DNA of 64,000 nt from Peribolospora baueri (lineage: Eukaryota), in contig JAMDHS010000097.1 of the NCBI GenBank assembly GCA_029717555.1, forward strand, positions 1 through 64,000, given 5' to 3'. Below the pieces are notes generated by a model. It was not told the DNA's origin. It saw only the letters and a program-made list of their open reading frames with translations, and searched no databases. Each line of letters begins with the position of its first letter. The stretch's first letter is position 1. Positions 36,046-49,813 of the stretch are shown here, one piece after another. A program made the translations under genes and the position numbers.

Positions 36046-37002
36046 CTACAGCTTCTCAATCCATTTCTTGATTTGCGGCTCAGGCAAGAGCCCGATAAAC
36101 TTGTCGACCAGCTGGCCGTTCTTGAAGGCGTACACGGTCGGTAGAGCTGTGACCTGCCGGAGGCCGTCGGTGGAAGTATCGTATTCCAGATATGGCCACC
36201 ATTGAAAGAGAAGACAATCAAATTACGCATAAGTCAGCAACGGCCAGGCTCGGGGCGCCGATCTGGTTGGCCGTCCGGATCCGCAAGAACAGTGCACGAA
36301 GACTGAGAGAAGAAACGCACCTTGAACCTCTTCGCGAGCTCGATTTCCTTTTCTGTGTCGACGGTCATGAGGTCGAACGCTTTGCCGCCAGTGAGCGAGG
36401 GATCCGAGGTAAGCTTTTCGAGGATCGGAGAGAGCATGCCTGGGAGGAAGGGAGGAAGGGAGGGAGGAAGGGAAGCGGTGCCGATGATAGACGCGGACGA
36501 AAAAAAAAAAGACGGGGCGAAGGACGGAAATGGAAGGAAGGAGGAGGATGGGAGAGATTTTAGAAATGAACTAGATCTCACGGAAATCAAAAAGCACCAC
36601 GAGAGACCGTCCCCGTTGGCTACTCACGACACGGGCCGCACCAGCTGTGGTTTGCCGCGGCGAAAATCGGAAGGAAGAGGTGATGACGATAAGCGAAATC
36701 GGAAAGGTCGCAAAGGGCGACGAGCACGACTGATACACAGAAACCTGTCCTCTCATTCCTGTTCTCCAAAACTGAACCCACTCTGCGTAGAAGTCCACCA
36801 AAACGGGCTTGTCTCCGCCCCCATCAACCCTCTTCTGAAAAGTAGCCTCGTCGGCGTTCAGGAACTTTTCTCGAACGATGCGGGTCGTCGAAAATTGCGC
36901 TGCGAGCGGAGCTCCCGTGAACCGGGGAATTCCGCGGGCAGGAGCAGTGACCCGGAGAGGAAGAGCAGCGCGGAAAAGGTGAATTGAGCGGAGGGTGGCC
37001 AT
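36046..37002 (-). CDS. Thioredoxin, probably mitochondrial (Trx3-like)
   Basis: Arg/Ala-rich presequence; PVLVDFYAD|WCGPCR|MLSPILEKL...|VTALPTVYAFKNGQLVDKFIG. The WCGPC motif is on a 17-nt micro-exon at 36628-36644. Confidence 0.93.
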
Positions 37003-37221
37003 CTCGATGTCGACTGCTGCAGATGATTCCCGTTTGGAAGGAGAGGATGAGAGCCGCGCTTACCCAATGCCGTATGGCCCGTGCTCGTTGACGGACATAT
37101 ACGGATATTGCCGCAGTCTCTCGATCTCACCTTCCACCTTCCATCCAGCCAACCTTCAGCCCCATCCATCCATCCCTCCCTCACTCCATTCGTCCACTTC
37201 AAGGTCCCCCTCTCTTCCATC

Positions 37222-39225
37222 ATGTCCGAGCGCAGAAGCAAATGGGATCAGTCAGATTCTTTGGGTCAGAGCCCTCCTCCGCCCCCAGCTTCTGGGTCTT
37301 CTCCGGCGCCTGATCCTGCGGCTGCTGGTGAGTGAACGCGACGAAGGCCGAAATGCGGTCGTGGGGCGATGTGATCGCGCGGGAGGGAATGCAGTGGCAC
37401 TGACTACCGTCCCCCTGCTTGCCTTCAATACTATTGCGGTTATCTCATATCCATCCTATTTTCTTCCCCATTCGCAGCCGCTGCCGCCGCTGCCCGCATA
37501 GCTGCCCAGTTGGGCCCTCGGAACCCGACGCCGAGCACGTACGGCAGCGGCTCGCCACCGGGCGGAGGAGCAGGGACCCCCCCGTCAGGGCGCGGTGACG
37601 GCAGGTCTCCGGAAAAGAAGGGCCCCGATGCTCACGATTCCGAGTTTACGATGGATATTGATATCAATGACCAGAAGAATCGGTATTTGTTGACCAAAGG
37701 ACAGACGCAGCAGCAGGTTGGTTTCTTACACGCCCCAGTAATATTGTAGGAGAGACTGTGTTGGGTGACCTCGTCTAAGCATTCTCACATGCGACGCTCT
37801 CTTTCTCAGCTCCACCGCGAAACGGGTGCATCGGTGACGACTAAAGGCACGTGGTATCCTGACCGCACCATGGCGACGGAGAAGGAGCCGCCTCTTTATC
37901 TACACGTCTCTGCAACAAGCCAGGAGATTCTTGACTCCGCGGTGGCTAAAGTTCACGAGTTTATGGCACAAGACCTCAACCTTCAGGACGACAGGTACAA
38001 GCGGAGGCGGGAGTGGGAAGAGCAACAGACTAGGGGTCCTCCTGAAAGGGTAAGTGCTCATCGCTCGACTCCTTGTTGGCTTCACCATCTGGTTGACGCA
38101 TTCCGTTCTCGTCACCGCCGGCATCTCAGCGCAAGTGGCCTGAAGAGAAAGTCTTCATTGGCCTCCAGCCGCTGCGCAACTTCAATCTCCGTGCCAAGGT
38201 TGTAGGTCCTCAGGGTTTGTTCGTCAAGTACATCCAAGGGGAGACGAATACGCGAGTGCAGATCAAAGGCATCGGTAGCGGTTTCATTGAGTTAGCCGAC
38301 GGGAGAGAGGCGGAGGAGGAGCTGCATTTGCACATCACGTCAGTTCTGTCTCCTCGCTTCTGAAGTTGTTCTTGATTCGGTAGGAAGGTATTACAGGCTG
38401 ACGTCGAAGTGAACGTGCTTTCTCTTTCTTTTTCAGCGGCCCGGATGAAGGAATGCTCGCTCGCGCCAAGGAGCTTGCAGAGGACTTGGTGGACGCGGTG
38501 AAGACGGAATGGGAGAAAGCGCGCGCCGCCCAGGACGCTCAGGGTATGGGAGGACCAGGCGGGTATGGTCAGCCTTATGGTGGCGGAGGGCCAGAGGGAG
38601 GGCCTATGGGCCAGCAACCGTACGGCCCCGGACAGGGATACGGACGAGGATACGGGCAAGGCGGGTATGCAGGAGGCGGTCCTGGCGGGTACGGACCGCC
38701 CGGAGGATATGGCGGTCCGCACGGGTATGGCCAGAGTCCTCCAGCGCCCGATGGCGCACCGCCTCCTCCTCCTCCTCCAGAGGACGATGCTCCGCCGCCC
38801 CCACCGGAGGACGCTCAGCCACCGCCTCCTGGTGGAGGTGGGTACGCTGGTGCTGGTGGCGCTCGCCATCAGGTTTCGCAGGCTCCTGGCGCGGCGGATT
38901 CGATTCCTGCTCAGAGCGACCAGGCCGCTTATGAGCAATATTGGAAGGACTATAGAGCGTGGGAGGAGCAGTACAAGGTAAGTTTGTACGCCCATCTCCC
39001 TTTCCCTTATTCCTTCAGTCGTTCGTTGACCTCTTCCTCGTCCTTTGCCTTGGCGATGCCCTTTCCTAGGCATATTATGGCGTAGCCCCACCTCCTCCGG
39101 AAGGAGCTCCTCCGCCGCCGCCCGGCGACAGTTACGCCTCTGGCGCCTCAGCCGCCAACGGCTCCGGGGCGACGAGGCAGGACGGCGGTCGTGGTCGCTA
39201 TGGTGCCGTGCCTCCCCCTCCTTAG
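37222..39225 (+). CDS. KH-domain RNA-binding protein, KHDC4/BLOM7/RIK family, with Gly/Tyr/Pro-rich tail
   Basis: RRSKWDQ, AAAAARIAAQ, DIDINDQKNRYLLTKGQTQ, ETGASVTTKGTWYPD, PPLYLHV, FNLRAKVVGPQGLFVKYIQGETNTRVQIKGIGSGF, AKELAEDL. Confidence 0.88.
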
Positions 39226-40224
39226 GCCTCGCGGGTTGGATGGAGGTCCTGATCTGGAGTAGGTGTGGGAGGCTGGTATTCTTTCCCTTTGTCGCTCGCC
39301 GTCCTGGTTGAGTGGGGCAATGGGACCACACTTTTCCGCGTGTGACCCTGCCCCGCAGCTGACGTTCCTTGTCGGCTGTCCATCCCCTCCAAAAGCGTCA
39401 AGTTCCTCGCGATGACCGTTTGACCGACTTTATCTCTCTGTCTGACCGGTCTATTCGCTCTCCCGCTCGCCGTCGCTGTTTGTATATCGATCGAGTGCTC
39501 ACCCACGCCATCTCCCGCCCTCGGTCCGCATCGGTTCTTTAAGAAAATCATACCACACGTACACGTCGAGCTGCGAGTTGCGACATGCGTGCTCACCAGA
39601 GGCGACGACCGCCGCGTGCTATCTTGCCTTCCTCTTCCCTTTCATCCCCGTTGACTTGCACTTTGCGGTGGTGCCTTTCAGTGATTGCGTCTCTCCGGTG
39701 CGCCACGGCCACCTGGATCATCTTCCTGTTTCATGTGGGCTACCGATACGAAGGAAACTCTCCGTTCTTCGTCGCTACATCGTGATCGCGAGGATCGTTC
39801 TGCACGTCGCCTTGTCACTGCTGCCGGGCCAAAAAAAATATTGGCCAGGACTTGTCATCTCCATGAAAGAAAGTCGAAGCGGGGCTCTCCGATCCGGTGA
39901 CGGAAAGGGTCGAGAGCCACGGAGGTGGAGGACTTGCGGGGGCGATCGCCCACGGGGAAGGGGTCGTCGGAAGTGATTGACAGAAGGGAAGGGAAGGAGA
40001 TGCCGGTTCCCTCCTAGACGGACACAATATACATCACCCGCGTTCGCTCGTCAACGCGGGCGTTTCATCAGATCTTCTACTTTTCATAACCGCGGTCGAT
40101 TGTGGACAAAAAAAAAGAGACGGCATGGAGCGCTCCCTCGCTCCCATTCCGGGTACGCCATGACCTCCGCCGCACGTCCGTCCAATCGATCGTCCTTCAT
40201 CCGGCGTGGCGGGCAGCGCCGACT

Positions 40225-41762
40225 TCAGAACTTCTCTCTGGCCGGTCGGAGGTCGACTTCGTGAGCCCACACGCTCTGTAAGTTAGCGCCATCATCACCG
40301 AAAGGTTCAGGGAGACTTTTTAGCATCGTGGGCTCGACTGGACCGGAACGTGAAGAAGAAAGAAACATGACTCACAGGTTCTTGTTGGGAAAAGTCGTAG
40401 TACACTTTAGCGATCGAGTCCGGGCTCATGCGCTGATCGTTGCGGGGAGGAAGAAAGAAGGAGGGGGTTCATAGTGGATAACGATGGAGGAATGAGCACG
40501 AGTAGAAGAACCGTGAGTTCATGTACTGATGTCCTGACCGACCCGGCCAACCCCGTTGGAATAGTCCACACGGTATGCACGCGAGTACAAGCCACGCGGA
40601 CGCCCACGAGACATAGACCGCGCTAGCAAGGGCAAGAATGAAGAGGTGAACGGCTACCTCACCTCTTTGGGGTCCTTGACCTCTCCGAAACGGTTGCGGA
40701 TTAGCTCGGTGTTGATGGCTCCTAGATGCATAAATAGGTCATGACCATGGGACGAGAAGGCAAAGGGTTGGAATTCGGCGGCAGGAAGGACAAGCGGGTA
40801 ATGGGTTAGACGATACGGTGCGCTCGACCAAGGAACGTCTATGGACGTCCGCCGGTGCAAGCGGCCTGGAAGCCTCGAGTGGTCGCGGTGTACGCTCTGG
40901 CTGTTCACTCACCGTCAATAATAAAGTGTGCCACGTGGATACCTTGAGGATGAAACTCTCTGGCCAGCGACTGTCATGACCATGATGACAATAAAACGAA
41001 CGATCCGAACAGGTGAGTTGGAGCTGCTTGCCCGGATTCTGGCCCGAACCAACAGCGTGCCTAAAAGCGCTGTCGTTCCCTCCGCGCTCAGCAGTCGCGA
41101 GCCTTCCCAATCCTTTTCCTCACCTGGCTAAGGCCCCTCAACCCGAACTTGGGCGCAGCAAAAGCAGAAAAGCCGGCAGAGCCGCGGACGGAGGCCGTAG
41201 CACCGGTGAAGAAGAGATTTCCGCCTTGGCCGTGCTCTTTTATGGCTCGGATGACGGCTTGAGAGAAGATGACTGCACCGATACTGAAAAAGTGGCGATG
41301 GCGGGGTAAGAACGGGGCAAAACAAGAATGAAAAAAGGGAAGAGGTATACCGGACGCTTGGTCGCCGATGCCCTGGGAGCCCGACACTCACACCGAGGTG
41401 CGAAGCGCATCTTCAAAGACCTTGGGAGTGAGGTCGAGGAAAGACTTGTGCTTCCTGTACGAAGCGTTGAAAACGCCCGTTCCAATCCTCGTCTGACCCT
41501 TCCAACCTTCAGCCTCTTTGATAGCCTCGAAAGCTTTGCGCATGGAGTCTTCGTCGGTCGTGTCGGCGGGGAAGGCCTTGGCACGGTGAGGGTCATTTGT
41601 GGCGTCATTGATATGTTTCGCCAGGCCTTCGAGCCGCTCGGGAGAGCGGGAGAGGAGCGCGGCCGGGTGGCCGCGTTCGGCAAAGTAGCGGGCGATGGCG
41701 AAGCCTGTGCCAGGGCCTGCGCCGACGACGACGATGATGGGCTTATAAGAGGGCGGCGACAT
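40225..41762 (-). CDS. Short-chain dehydrogenase/reductase (SDR)
   Basis: VVGAGPGTG, VFNA, FFTGATASVRGSAGFSAFAAPKFGLRGLSQ|SLAREFHPQGIHVAHFIID|GAI, MSPDSIAKVY, WAHEVDLRPAREKF*. Confidence 0.92.
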
Positions 41763-42472
41763 GGCTCGAGTCGGCGACGATCGTAGTTGAGGGCGGAGGA
41801 TTGGATTAGCCTGTGCGAGGCTAGGCTGGCTTGGTCGGTACCACGTGGTTGGAGAGCCGGCAACTGTGGAGAGCCTGTTCTGTTCCGGGATGCGACGAGC
41901 GAGACGGCGTTGGTTGGACCAGTTTTATCTTTATCGTCCACGACCTTCTCCCGCTGGCTGTGTGTGGGCGAAGCAAACTACCTGGGACGGGCAGGGCAGT
42001 CCGACGACCGTCTCTCTCACTCAGCTGCTTCTATTCGACGTCGGCCGGTCGGATGCGAGCTCGCTTCGTTCCGCGGCATTTCGCCCGGCCGGAGGACGAC
42101 TCGGTGGTCGTTTAACATGCGCGACTCCGATGGCGTGACGTTCTCCTCGTACATGATCGATCGATCAGTGGCTGTCGTGCCGTCTCATCGTTGCAGAAAG
42201 GCAGACGAAGTGGCGAAGCGGCGAGCAAGTCAAAACGTTGCTATTGCATCCCCTCGCAAGGTCATTCATTCATTACGTTCGTGGAGGTGGAGAAGACGTA
42301 CAACGATGCCAAATGTAGAGTACAGTACAGAAAGCTTTGAAAAAACCAGAGGGAGAAAGGAGTTGGAGCGGCGCACATCAAGGCCGCCTGTCAGCACTGC
42401 CCGGACAGGAGAGGATGGCCCGCCGGGAACTGGCATCCACGGACCGCGGAAGAGTATTAGCAAACTCGTCCG

Positions 42473-44824
42473 CTAAGGGCGGTAAGTGCTGTCCCTATCA
42501 GAAGGCAGTAGCGGCGTGCTTTCCGTCGGCAGCTCCTCCGGCTCGGAAGAGGTCCGTGGCGGTGTGGAACGGTTGGACGACGTCGCACCGGCGGAAGCGT
42601 GATAACCTGAGACGTCTGATGAGCTCATCTCGTGCTCCTGCTCGTCATCGGCCGCCTCGGACAGGTTAGAAGACGGTGTGGGGACTGGAACAGTCACGTC
42701 ACGCTTGCAGATGGGGCACTAGTGATGGAGCACCGAATGCAAAGGCCGACAGAAACATCCATCAATTTCCAGCCCTCACCCTCGCCCACCATTGATAAAT
42801 GCGGCAACTTGCGACTCACCAGCTTCTTCCTACGAATGAGCCATCCGTCCACCTCTGTCTGATGGAAAACATGTCCGCAAGGAAGGATGCGCACGCGGTC
42901 TCCGTTGACAAAATTGGACAGACACTTTGTGCGGGAGAGGACGGTACGAGGCGATGGGGTAGGGGTTAAAGTTGTCAGCGGAATCTATCATACTTGAAGC
43001 ACGTCCTAACTCGTCACCGACTTCGAATGCAAAAACTCACGATAGCACATTCGTCCGTAGAGTAATATCTCTGCTTGTCCTTCTTATTTTTGCCAGAGGC
43101 GCGTGGACGCAAGCTCGACGAAGGACCGGGCACCGCAGAGGCATCCTCGCCTTGCAGGCGGTTGGACGGCGAATCGGTCGAAGCTCCTTCAGTCGAACCG
43201 TTTGACCGGGAAAGGAGAAGACCTTGCTCGAGGTCCGCTTCGTCCTCCTTTTCTTCTCCCTTGGTCAGTGCTCCGGGATCTCTCCCATTCGAGCTCGGAG
43301 TCGAGGAGTCTCCTCCCCCACCTTGGAACTCTTCCTCGTTCCATTCCACTACCCCTTCCTCGTCATCGCCCGTCCATCCAGTCGTCGTCTCTCGCCAGAT
43401 GCGGCTAGGCAAAGCGCGAACAATGGCCTCTGGCGCTCTGTCCGCTCGACGTGCGCGGGCGAGGCGGATGCGATGTATGATGATCGTCGTGAGTGTTACG
43501 AGGGATGGCAGGAGCAGTAGGAAAAGAGCCAAGTTGATCAGGGGCCTGTGGGAAGGAATAGAAAAGGAAGTAGAAATAGGGGAGACAACGCCAAAGACTA
43601 GTTCGAGCGGGCCTGAAACCGCGCCTTAAAAACACAACAAGACGGCCGCTCACCACTCCCAGAGTTCGTCCCTGCTCAGCGTGACCTCAAGGCCGCGCAG
43701 CCTCTTCGCGGGCGTCTCATCTCTCTGGCGTTCACCAAACGTCCATTTCCCTTTGCGGCCCCGTCTAGCCGTCTTCTCATTCATCTCCGCGGCGAGCCTC
43801 TCGAGATCGAGGTAGCTGGGCCTGACGACAAACGTGCTCGGGATCTTGATATCACTCGTATCCCCCGGGGAAAACATGGTGATAAGCCGTCCAGAGTAGC
43901 TCCCGCTCTCCGAGCCGTCGCCGTCGTTGTCCCATTCATCCCCTCCTTCCGAACCATCTTCCCCCGAGCTCGGCAGATGGGGTGGGGGCCCGTCGCCGAC
44001 GATTACAGCGATCGCGCCGAGCGATTGGGCTACGCGCACTTTGTCAGCGAAGGAGCAAGATCCGCGCTCGATGAGGGCGATCCAGTCCTGTGGCGGAAGA
44101 GGTCCTCGTATCTCGGCGTCGTCATCTAAGAAGCCATCCTGAACTACCCGCTTCAGCCGACCTCCGTTCTCGTCTGTATCTTTCTCCGATGGACAGCCAC
44201 TATTGTCGACGGTAAAAGTGGGGGAAGACGAGTGGTCGGAGTGATGAAAGTGGTGAATTGGAAGAAGGTAGCCTTTGAGACCGTCCTCGGAACGGACACG
44301 CGGACCGAAGGCGGCTGGCCGAGTTAGGTAGGTAGCTTGAGTTTTCTGGTCGTCGTGACGGGAAGAGGAAGTCGTCAGAATAAGAGCGCAGGCAAGTGGC
44401 ACCCAAAACAACCTCGTCCCCAATCTAGGCAAGCAAAGATTACAGCAGCTACGAGAGCCAGCAAAGAGAAAAGATCACTACTCACAGAAACGGTAATCGT
44501 ACTCTCCCCCCACACGCTAAACCCTCCCAAAGCGAGCCCTCCGCCGGCCGACTCGCCACCCGCATCAGAGTCCCCGCCAAGCGCCTTCCGCGACCCACCA
44601 CCAAGGTTAAAAACTCCGTCGAGCCATAATGAAGGTGTATGTGTGATCTTCAGCGCCCCGACCAGGGCCGCCGCCCCTGGCTCGGCGGTCGGTCGGATGT
44701 CCTGTGACTTTGCAGGATGATGATGATAGGCTGAGGAGAAGAAAAGAGAGACAAGTAATGGGGAAAGCGAGACAAGGAGAAAAAGGCAGAAGGCGAGCCT
44801 GACCAAGACATGAAGAGGGGGCAT
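42473..44824 (-). CDS. PA-TM-RING-H2 E3 ubiquitin ligase (RNF13/RNF167-like)
   Basis: N-terminal hydrophobic segment; RPAAFGP, WIALIERGSCSFADKVRVAQSLGAIAVIVGD, IKIPSTFV (PA domain); TM helix; ECAI|CLSNFVNGDRVRILPCGHVFHQTEVDGWL..RKKL|CPICKRDV. Confidence 0.9.
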
Positions 44825-45091
44825 TTTGAGCCCTGTTCGTGATGGTCGTTTGGGATGGGTGCAGGGGATGGGCGGGATTGATTAACGCGGGGGAACTGCG
44901 GCAATGCCTCAGCTCATCAACGGTGCACACCACGTGGAGCTCACGTGCCTTCCTTCGCGGCATCGAACGTCCAGCTTGCCTCGCCTGTATCGACATGACG
45001 GTTAAGGCAACCATCACCACAACCGACGACTTGGCGCACTGAGGGAAGGGAGAAAACTTTCTCTTGTTTTTCTGCTGCTTTTCCTTCCACC

Positions 45092-46187
45092 ATGCTTCTA
45101 GACAATGACGAGGTGAGTATGGCCCTGTTCGCCAGTCGACGTCTACCCACTCCACCATCCGCGAAGCGGAAGGGGCAAGGAAGACTCGGTCGACCTCATT
45201 GATGGTGAAAGGCTCGGTCGATCCTCTTCGATCATGTACTGACCTTTTATGCTTTATATTTGCCACATTTTATATTGCCTACTTGCTTTTTTTTTGCTCT
45301 TTTGCCGACGTTCTCTCCCCTTCGTTACGCACGCGACCTCGTGGTAACCAAGTTCCTGAAGCGATTAGACGATCTCTTCAAGAGCACGGAGGGGAAGGGC
45401 ACCGTGTTCCTCATCCAAAAGCGATGTGAGTGAAACTGTATGCCGTCCCCGGCGGGAGTCGATTTTATGGGACAGAAGCAATGAGAAGTTGTCGCTGAAC
45501 GCGTCCAATCTTTCTCCTCCCTCCAACGGTGCTGCTTTTCTCACCAAAGATACCCATGGCGACACTGACGGTACAGACGATGTGGTCATGGCCGATGAAG
45601 CGGCCGCGGGAGTGGGTGCCACGGCGGCTGCGGGGAAGGAGGCGGCGACGGCAGTAGAGGATGACCGGGAACACCCGTGCTTGTTGAGGGCGACGGACGG
45701 TAAAGAGGTCAAGGTGTCTACTTTGGTGAGCGGGCGGGGTCTTTTCATCTTTCTGCAACTGTTTTTCCCAACTCGCTCGAATGCTCAAGGAATTCTTCCA
45801 TCTTTCCATGTTATCTGTTCTCTGTTCATGGCCCCGTATCCCACGTCCCGTTACGTCCGTCCGCAATCCCTTGCACGTCAGATCACCGCACAAACGCTTC
45901 CCACCTTCCACGCTGCCTACTCCTCCCTCCTCCGCACGCATTTGACGGCTTGCTTGCGAAAGCGTGACAAGCGGAGGGAAAAGAAGCGTGCTGAAGCCGC
46001 TGCTCTGAGGGCGGGGAAGAAGGCTACTGCTGCGGCGGCTGGGGGCGAGAAGGGGAAAGGTCTGCCAAAGAGGGGGAATGGGAGAAGGAAGAGGGTGAGG
46101 GAGGAGAACCGGAGGAGCAAGAAGAGGACCAAGGGAAAGGGAAGCGGCAACGCGAGGCCTTCGAAGGGGGCGGTGACAACCGCTTAG
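45092..46187 (+). CDS. SRP14: Signal recognition particle subunit SRP14 with basic C-terminal extension
   Basis: MLLDNDE|FLKRLDDLF...GTVFLIQKR, PCLLRATDGK..KVSTL, FHAAYSSLLR...LRKRDKRREKK. Confidence 0.88.
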
Positions 46188-47173
46188 TGCTGGACGAACG
46201 TTTGGAGCCAAGGTACCGCTTCTGTTGGCCTCCCTGTGCACAGCCAGCTCCACTTCCAAGTCATGGAGACCTGTTTAAGCACTATGCACTGATCCCTCTG
46301 GACTCATATGCAATGCATATGTGGAACACATGCCCGAAAGCCTTTCATCGCGATCATGCCAAATCCCAATCCTTGAGAGTATAACACCAGACCGTCACTT
46401 TCACGGCGACTGTTGGGCATCTATCTGCCTTAGGTATAAGTGGCTCGGGTCTACTGCGCCTACCGACATCCACCGACGAAAGGACGAAGAAGAGGAAGAG
46501 GGTCAAAGGTAGGAGGCGCGCGTCGGGCGAGATAGATCGGGAAGAATGCGACATACGACGCGCGCCGGACGGTGATGGTAGTACCCTCCTAACCCGCATC
46601 CAAGAGAACACATGGGAACTTAACCGCTTCGAGCGCGGCCTGAAATGGAGTGTCCGTGACGGGCTCCTGAATAGCCTCCAATGCCTGTTGTCCCTTGACC
46701 TAGCTTTGTCTTGGATATTCTCCGTTTTCGTTTGCGCTCCCACCTGTTAGCCTTCCTAACCCTGCAGGGAGGTCTCCTGTCACGCTTCCTACCCCATGCT
46801 CGTCTTCCACCGATCGTTGCGCCCTTCAGATGGGTGTCCTGCCAAACCGGACTCGCAGGAACAGCAAGTGCGATGTGACCGCGGCCGAGTGGATGCACGA
46901 GGGCAGGCACCAATATTTTTTTTATTATTTCATCGTCCAGACACTCTACAAGCTGCAAGCGGTGACGATGGAAGACAGTATGCATGGGTTTAGCTGCGGA
47001 GTAATTGGAAACCCTCGGATGGCCCTTGTAAAGGAATCGACTTCTCCACACCGTCACGAAGCCAATGGCGGGCGAGAACGGGTGGAAAGATTTAGTAATC
47101 CAAGAACTTGTAGCAGCTTCGTTTATTAGACCGCCCATTGACAATGCCCATCAAGTAGCGAGTTTAATGTCCT

Positions 47174-49001
47174 TCACTGCGCAGGTTCGTCTTCCTTCGA
47201 GGTCCCGTTCTCGACCTTGCTCCTGCTCTGACTCCTTGGCCACACCATGCTCTTGGGCAGCCCGAGTTCTCCGACGGGGGGGAGCAAGCTGGCCGCACGA
47301 TCCCTGGCGAGCTGGGCCATGAGCGCGTCCATGATGACGAGCGCCCCCATGGCTTCGACAATGGGCACGGCGCGAGGCACGACACACGGGTCGTGCCGAC
47401 CCCTGGCGGCGAGCGTACCAGGCGTGCCATCGTACTGGCTGGTCGTTTGTGCGCGGGAGATGGTCGCCGGTGATTTGAAGCCGACACTGTGAAGATGGGA
47501 GGAATCGAAGGAGGCAGCCGGTGGATGATCATGAGCATACGAATAGGGCGGTTCCGATCAGCGCTCGCTCCAACGTTCACCCGACCCACCGGAAGTAGAT
47601 GTCCTCGCTATTAGAGATGCCACCTTGAACGCCGCCGCTCCAGTTGGTGCTCGTACCCAACCGACCACCTGGCTTCCTGATGAACGAGTCATTGTGCCTG
47701 CTCCCGCTGACCTCCGTGCCACGGAAACCGGAGCCGATCTCGAAGCCTTTGGTGGCGGGGATGGAGAGCATGGCGTGCGCCAGCTTGGCCTCTAGCTTGT
47801 CGAAGCAGGGCTCTCCGAGACCGGAAGGGGCGTTGCGAATAACGCAAGTCACCGTGCCGCCGATGGAGTCTGAGGCCGCTTTAGCAAGTTGGATGCGCTA
47901 GAGGGCCAAAGGGGATTATTGGTGGAAGCGGGGGTCCAGCCATTGTTCAAATAAGACAAGAAGATGGCACAAAAGCCAGCCAACCACCAATCAGGCAGGA
48001 AAATAGGATTATCCATGGCAGCATCGTCGAGCACTCACCTGCTTCATGCGCTCGGCACTTTCCTTGTCCGGACACCTGACGTCGTCCTTATCCACGTCCG
48101 CCCTAGTGACCGTGCTGAGAAGGCGTCGGAACTCCTCGCTCAAAGGTTCCTCCGAGTCGTCTTCCTCGTCTATCCTGTTCGCCAGCGCCGCTCCCGTAGC
48201 CGAAGACGAAGTTGCAAGCTTCTCTGCAGGGAAGCGTGGAATATGCACCTTGCCGACGGAGGAGACGAAGGCGACAATCTCTACGCCGTAGGCCTCCTTG
48301 AGGTATTTCTCCGCCACGGCGCCTGCGGCGACTCGGCCTACATGGGAGAAAAACAGCCATATTTGATGGCGGAGGGTGGCAAGACCGAGGTCATAAAACA
48401 GGACAGACGTGGGATGCAGGTGGCGGAGACCATATTTCGTGAAGTAGCGAAGGACCAGCGACGGCGAAGGGGACGATATGCTCACCGATCGTCTCCCGAG
48501 CGCTGCTCCTTCCACCGCCGCTGCTGGCCTTGATGCCGTATTTCTCAATGTAAGTGTAGTCTGCGTGGCTGGGTCTAGGGTAGTGGTCCGTCTCCGAATA
48601 ATCGTGCGGCCTCTGGTCCTGGTTTCGAACGAGCATGCCGATGGGTGTGCCGAGGGTCACACCGCGCTCGACGCCAGATTGGATGTGAACGAGGTCCTTC
48701 TCGTCACGCTGGAGACGGGAACGGAGGCGGTAGGCGAACGAGAGAAAACAAAAAAAAAAGACACAAAAGCCTTTGTGAGCAAGTCAAAAGAACGACGACA
48801 TTACGTCAAAGCTTTGCGAACTCATGCACTCACCGGCGTCGTCAGATTGCTCTGACCGGGCCTTCTCCTGCTCAGCTGGATCTGCACGTCGCTCTCCTGG
48901 AGGAGCATTCCAGGAGGGCATCCGTCGATGATGCACCCGACAGAGGCGCAGTGAGACTCACCATAGGTGGTGACGCGGAAGTGGCTGCCGAACGTGCTCA
49001 T
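47174..49001 (-). CDS. ARO2: Chorismate synthase
   Basis: [100 protein letters not shown]. Confidence 0.98.
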
Positions 49002-49813
49002 GTCGGTGTGAATGGGGAGAAGGAGACAGACCAAGTCGGTCAGTGACGGTTGAGGAAGACAAAGTGGCTCGGAAGCTCGGCTATCGAGTCGTCTCGCCGC
49101 AGCAGAGCATGACCGATACCCAACGTCCTTCTCTCGTTCTCTCTCTACCAACTGGCCCCCATCAAAGGACGGTCTGGCGCTCGAACGTGAGCCCCCGCTC
49201 GACGCATCTCCCCATCTTCACTCCGTCTCGAATGATGAGCCCGAATCCACGAAAACAAGCATGTATTAGAGCCGGCGCCTCCCCGGGCGCTTTGGCTTAA
49301 AACGCTCAGTTCCTGATCTTTACTTTCGCCCTCGCGCCGCCTCTCTGCGAAGACCGGCCGCAGGAGTTCGCGAGCCGTGCTGACAGTCTGAATACTTCCT
49401 CCTTTCTTCTGTTGCCCATTACGCTCTCTCCATTTCCGTCGTCTCGATCCGACAAACGACAACGCTGAACTGGTAAGCGTGCCCACTTCCTCTCTTTCTT
49501 CCCGCCGATGTCCCATCGTTCATTCTTAGTCTTCGGTAACATGCACGGCGTGGCGTGTTCCAGCGCCGTTCCTCAGAGTGGGATGATAAAAGCAAGTGAG
49601 CACCCGACTCTGGCTGTCTCAGACAAAGCACCCCAACGCTTCCGCAGCACACGACCGACTCGATATCACGTTTTCTCGCCGACGTCGAGCAGCAGGAGAC
49701 GGAGCCAGGTACGTGGCGTCGGCGCAAAGGCGAGAATCTCACACCAGAGAACGTGTGCATACGAGCGACGGCCCATTCCAACGTCGGGCCGCCTCCCCTG
49801 ACCGACCTTTCAC

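Noticed and set aside
39578..39976. 132-aa ORF between the KH gene and the SDR
   Set aside because: Non-ATG start, no motifs, and it lies between convergent 3' ends.
45113..45351. Possible C/D snoRNA in the first SRP14 intron
   Set aside because: CTGA is present, but box C is imperfect and there is no convincing terminal stem or guide.
46200..47150. Short ORFs between SRP14 and ARO2
   Set aside because: No recognisable motif or consistent splice model.
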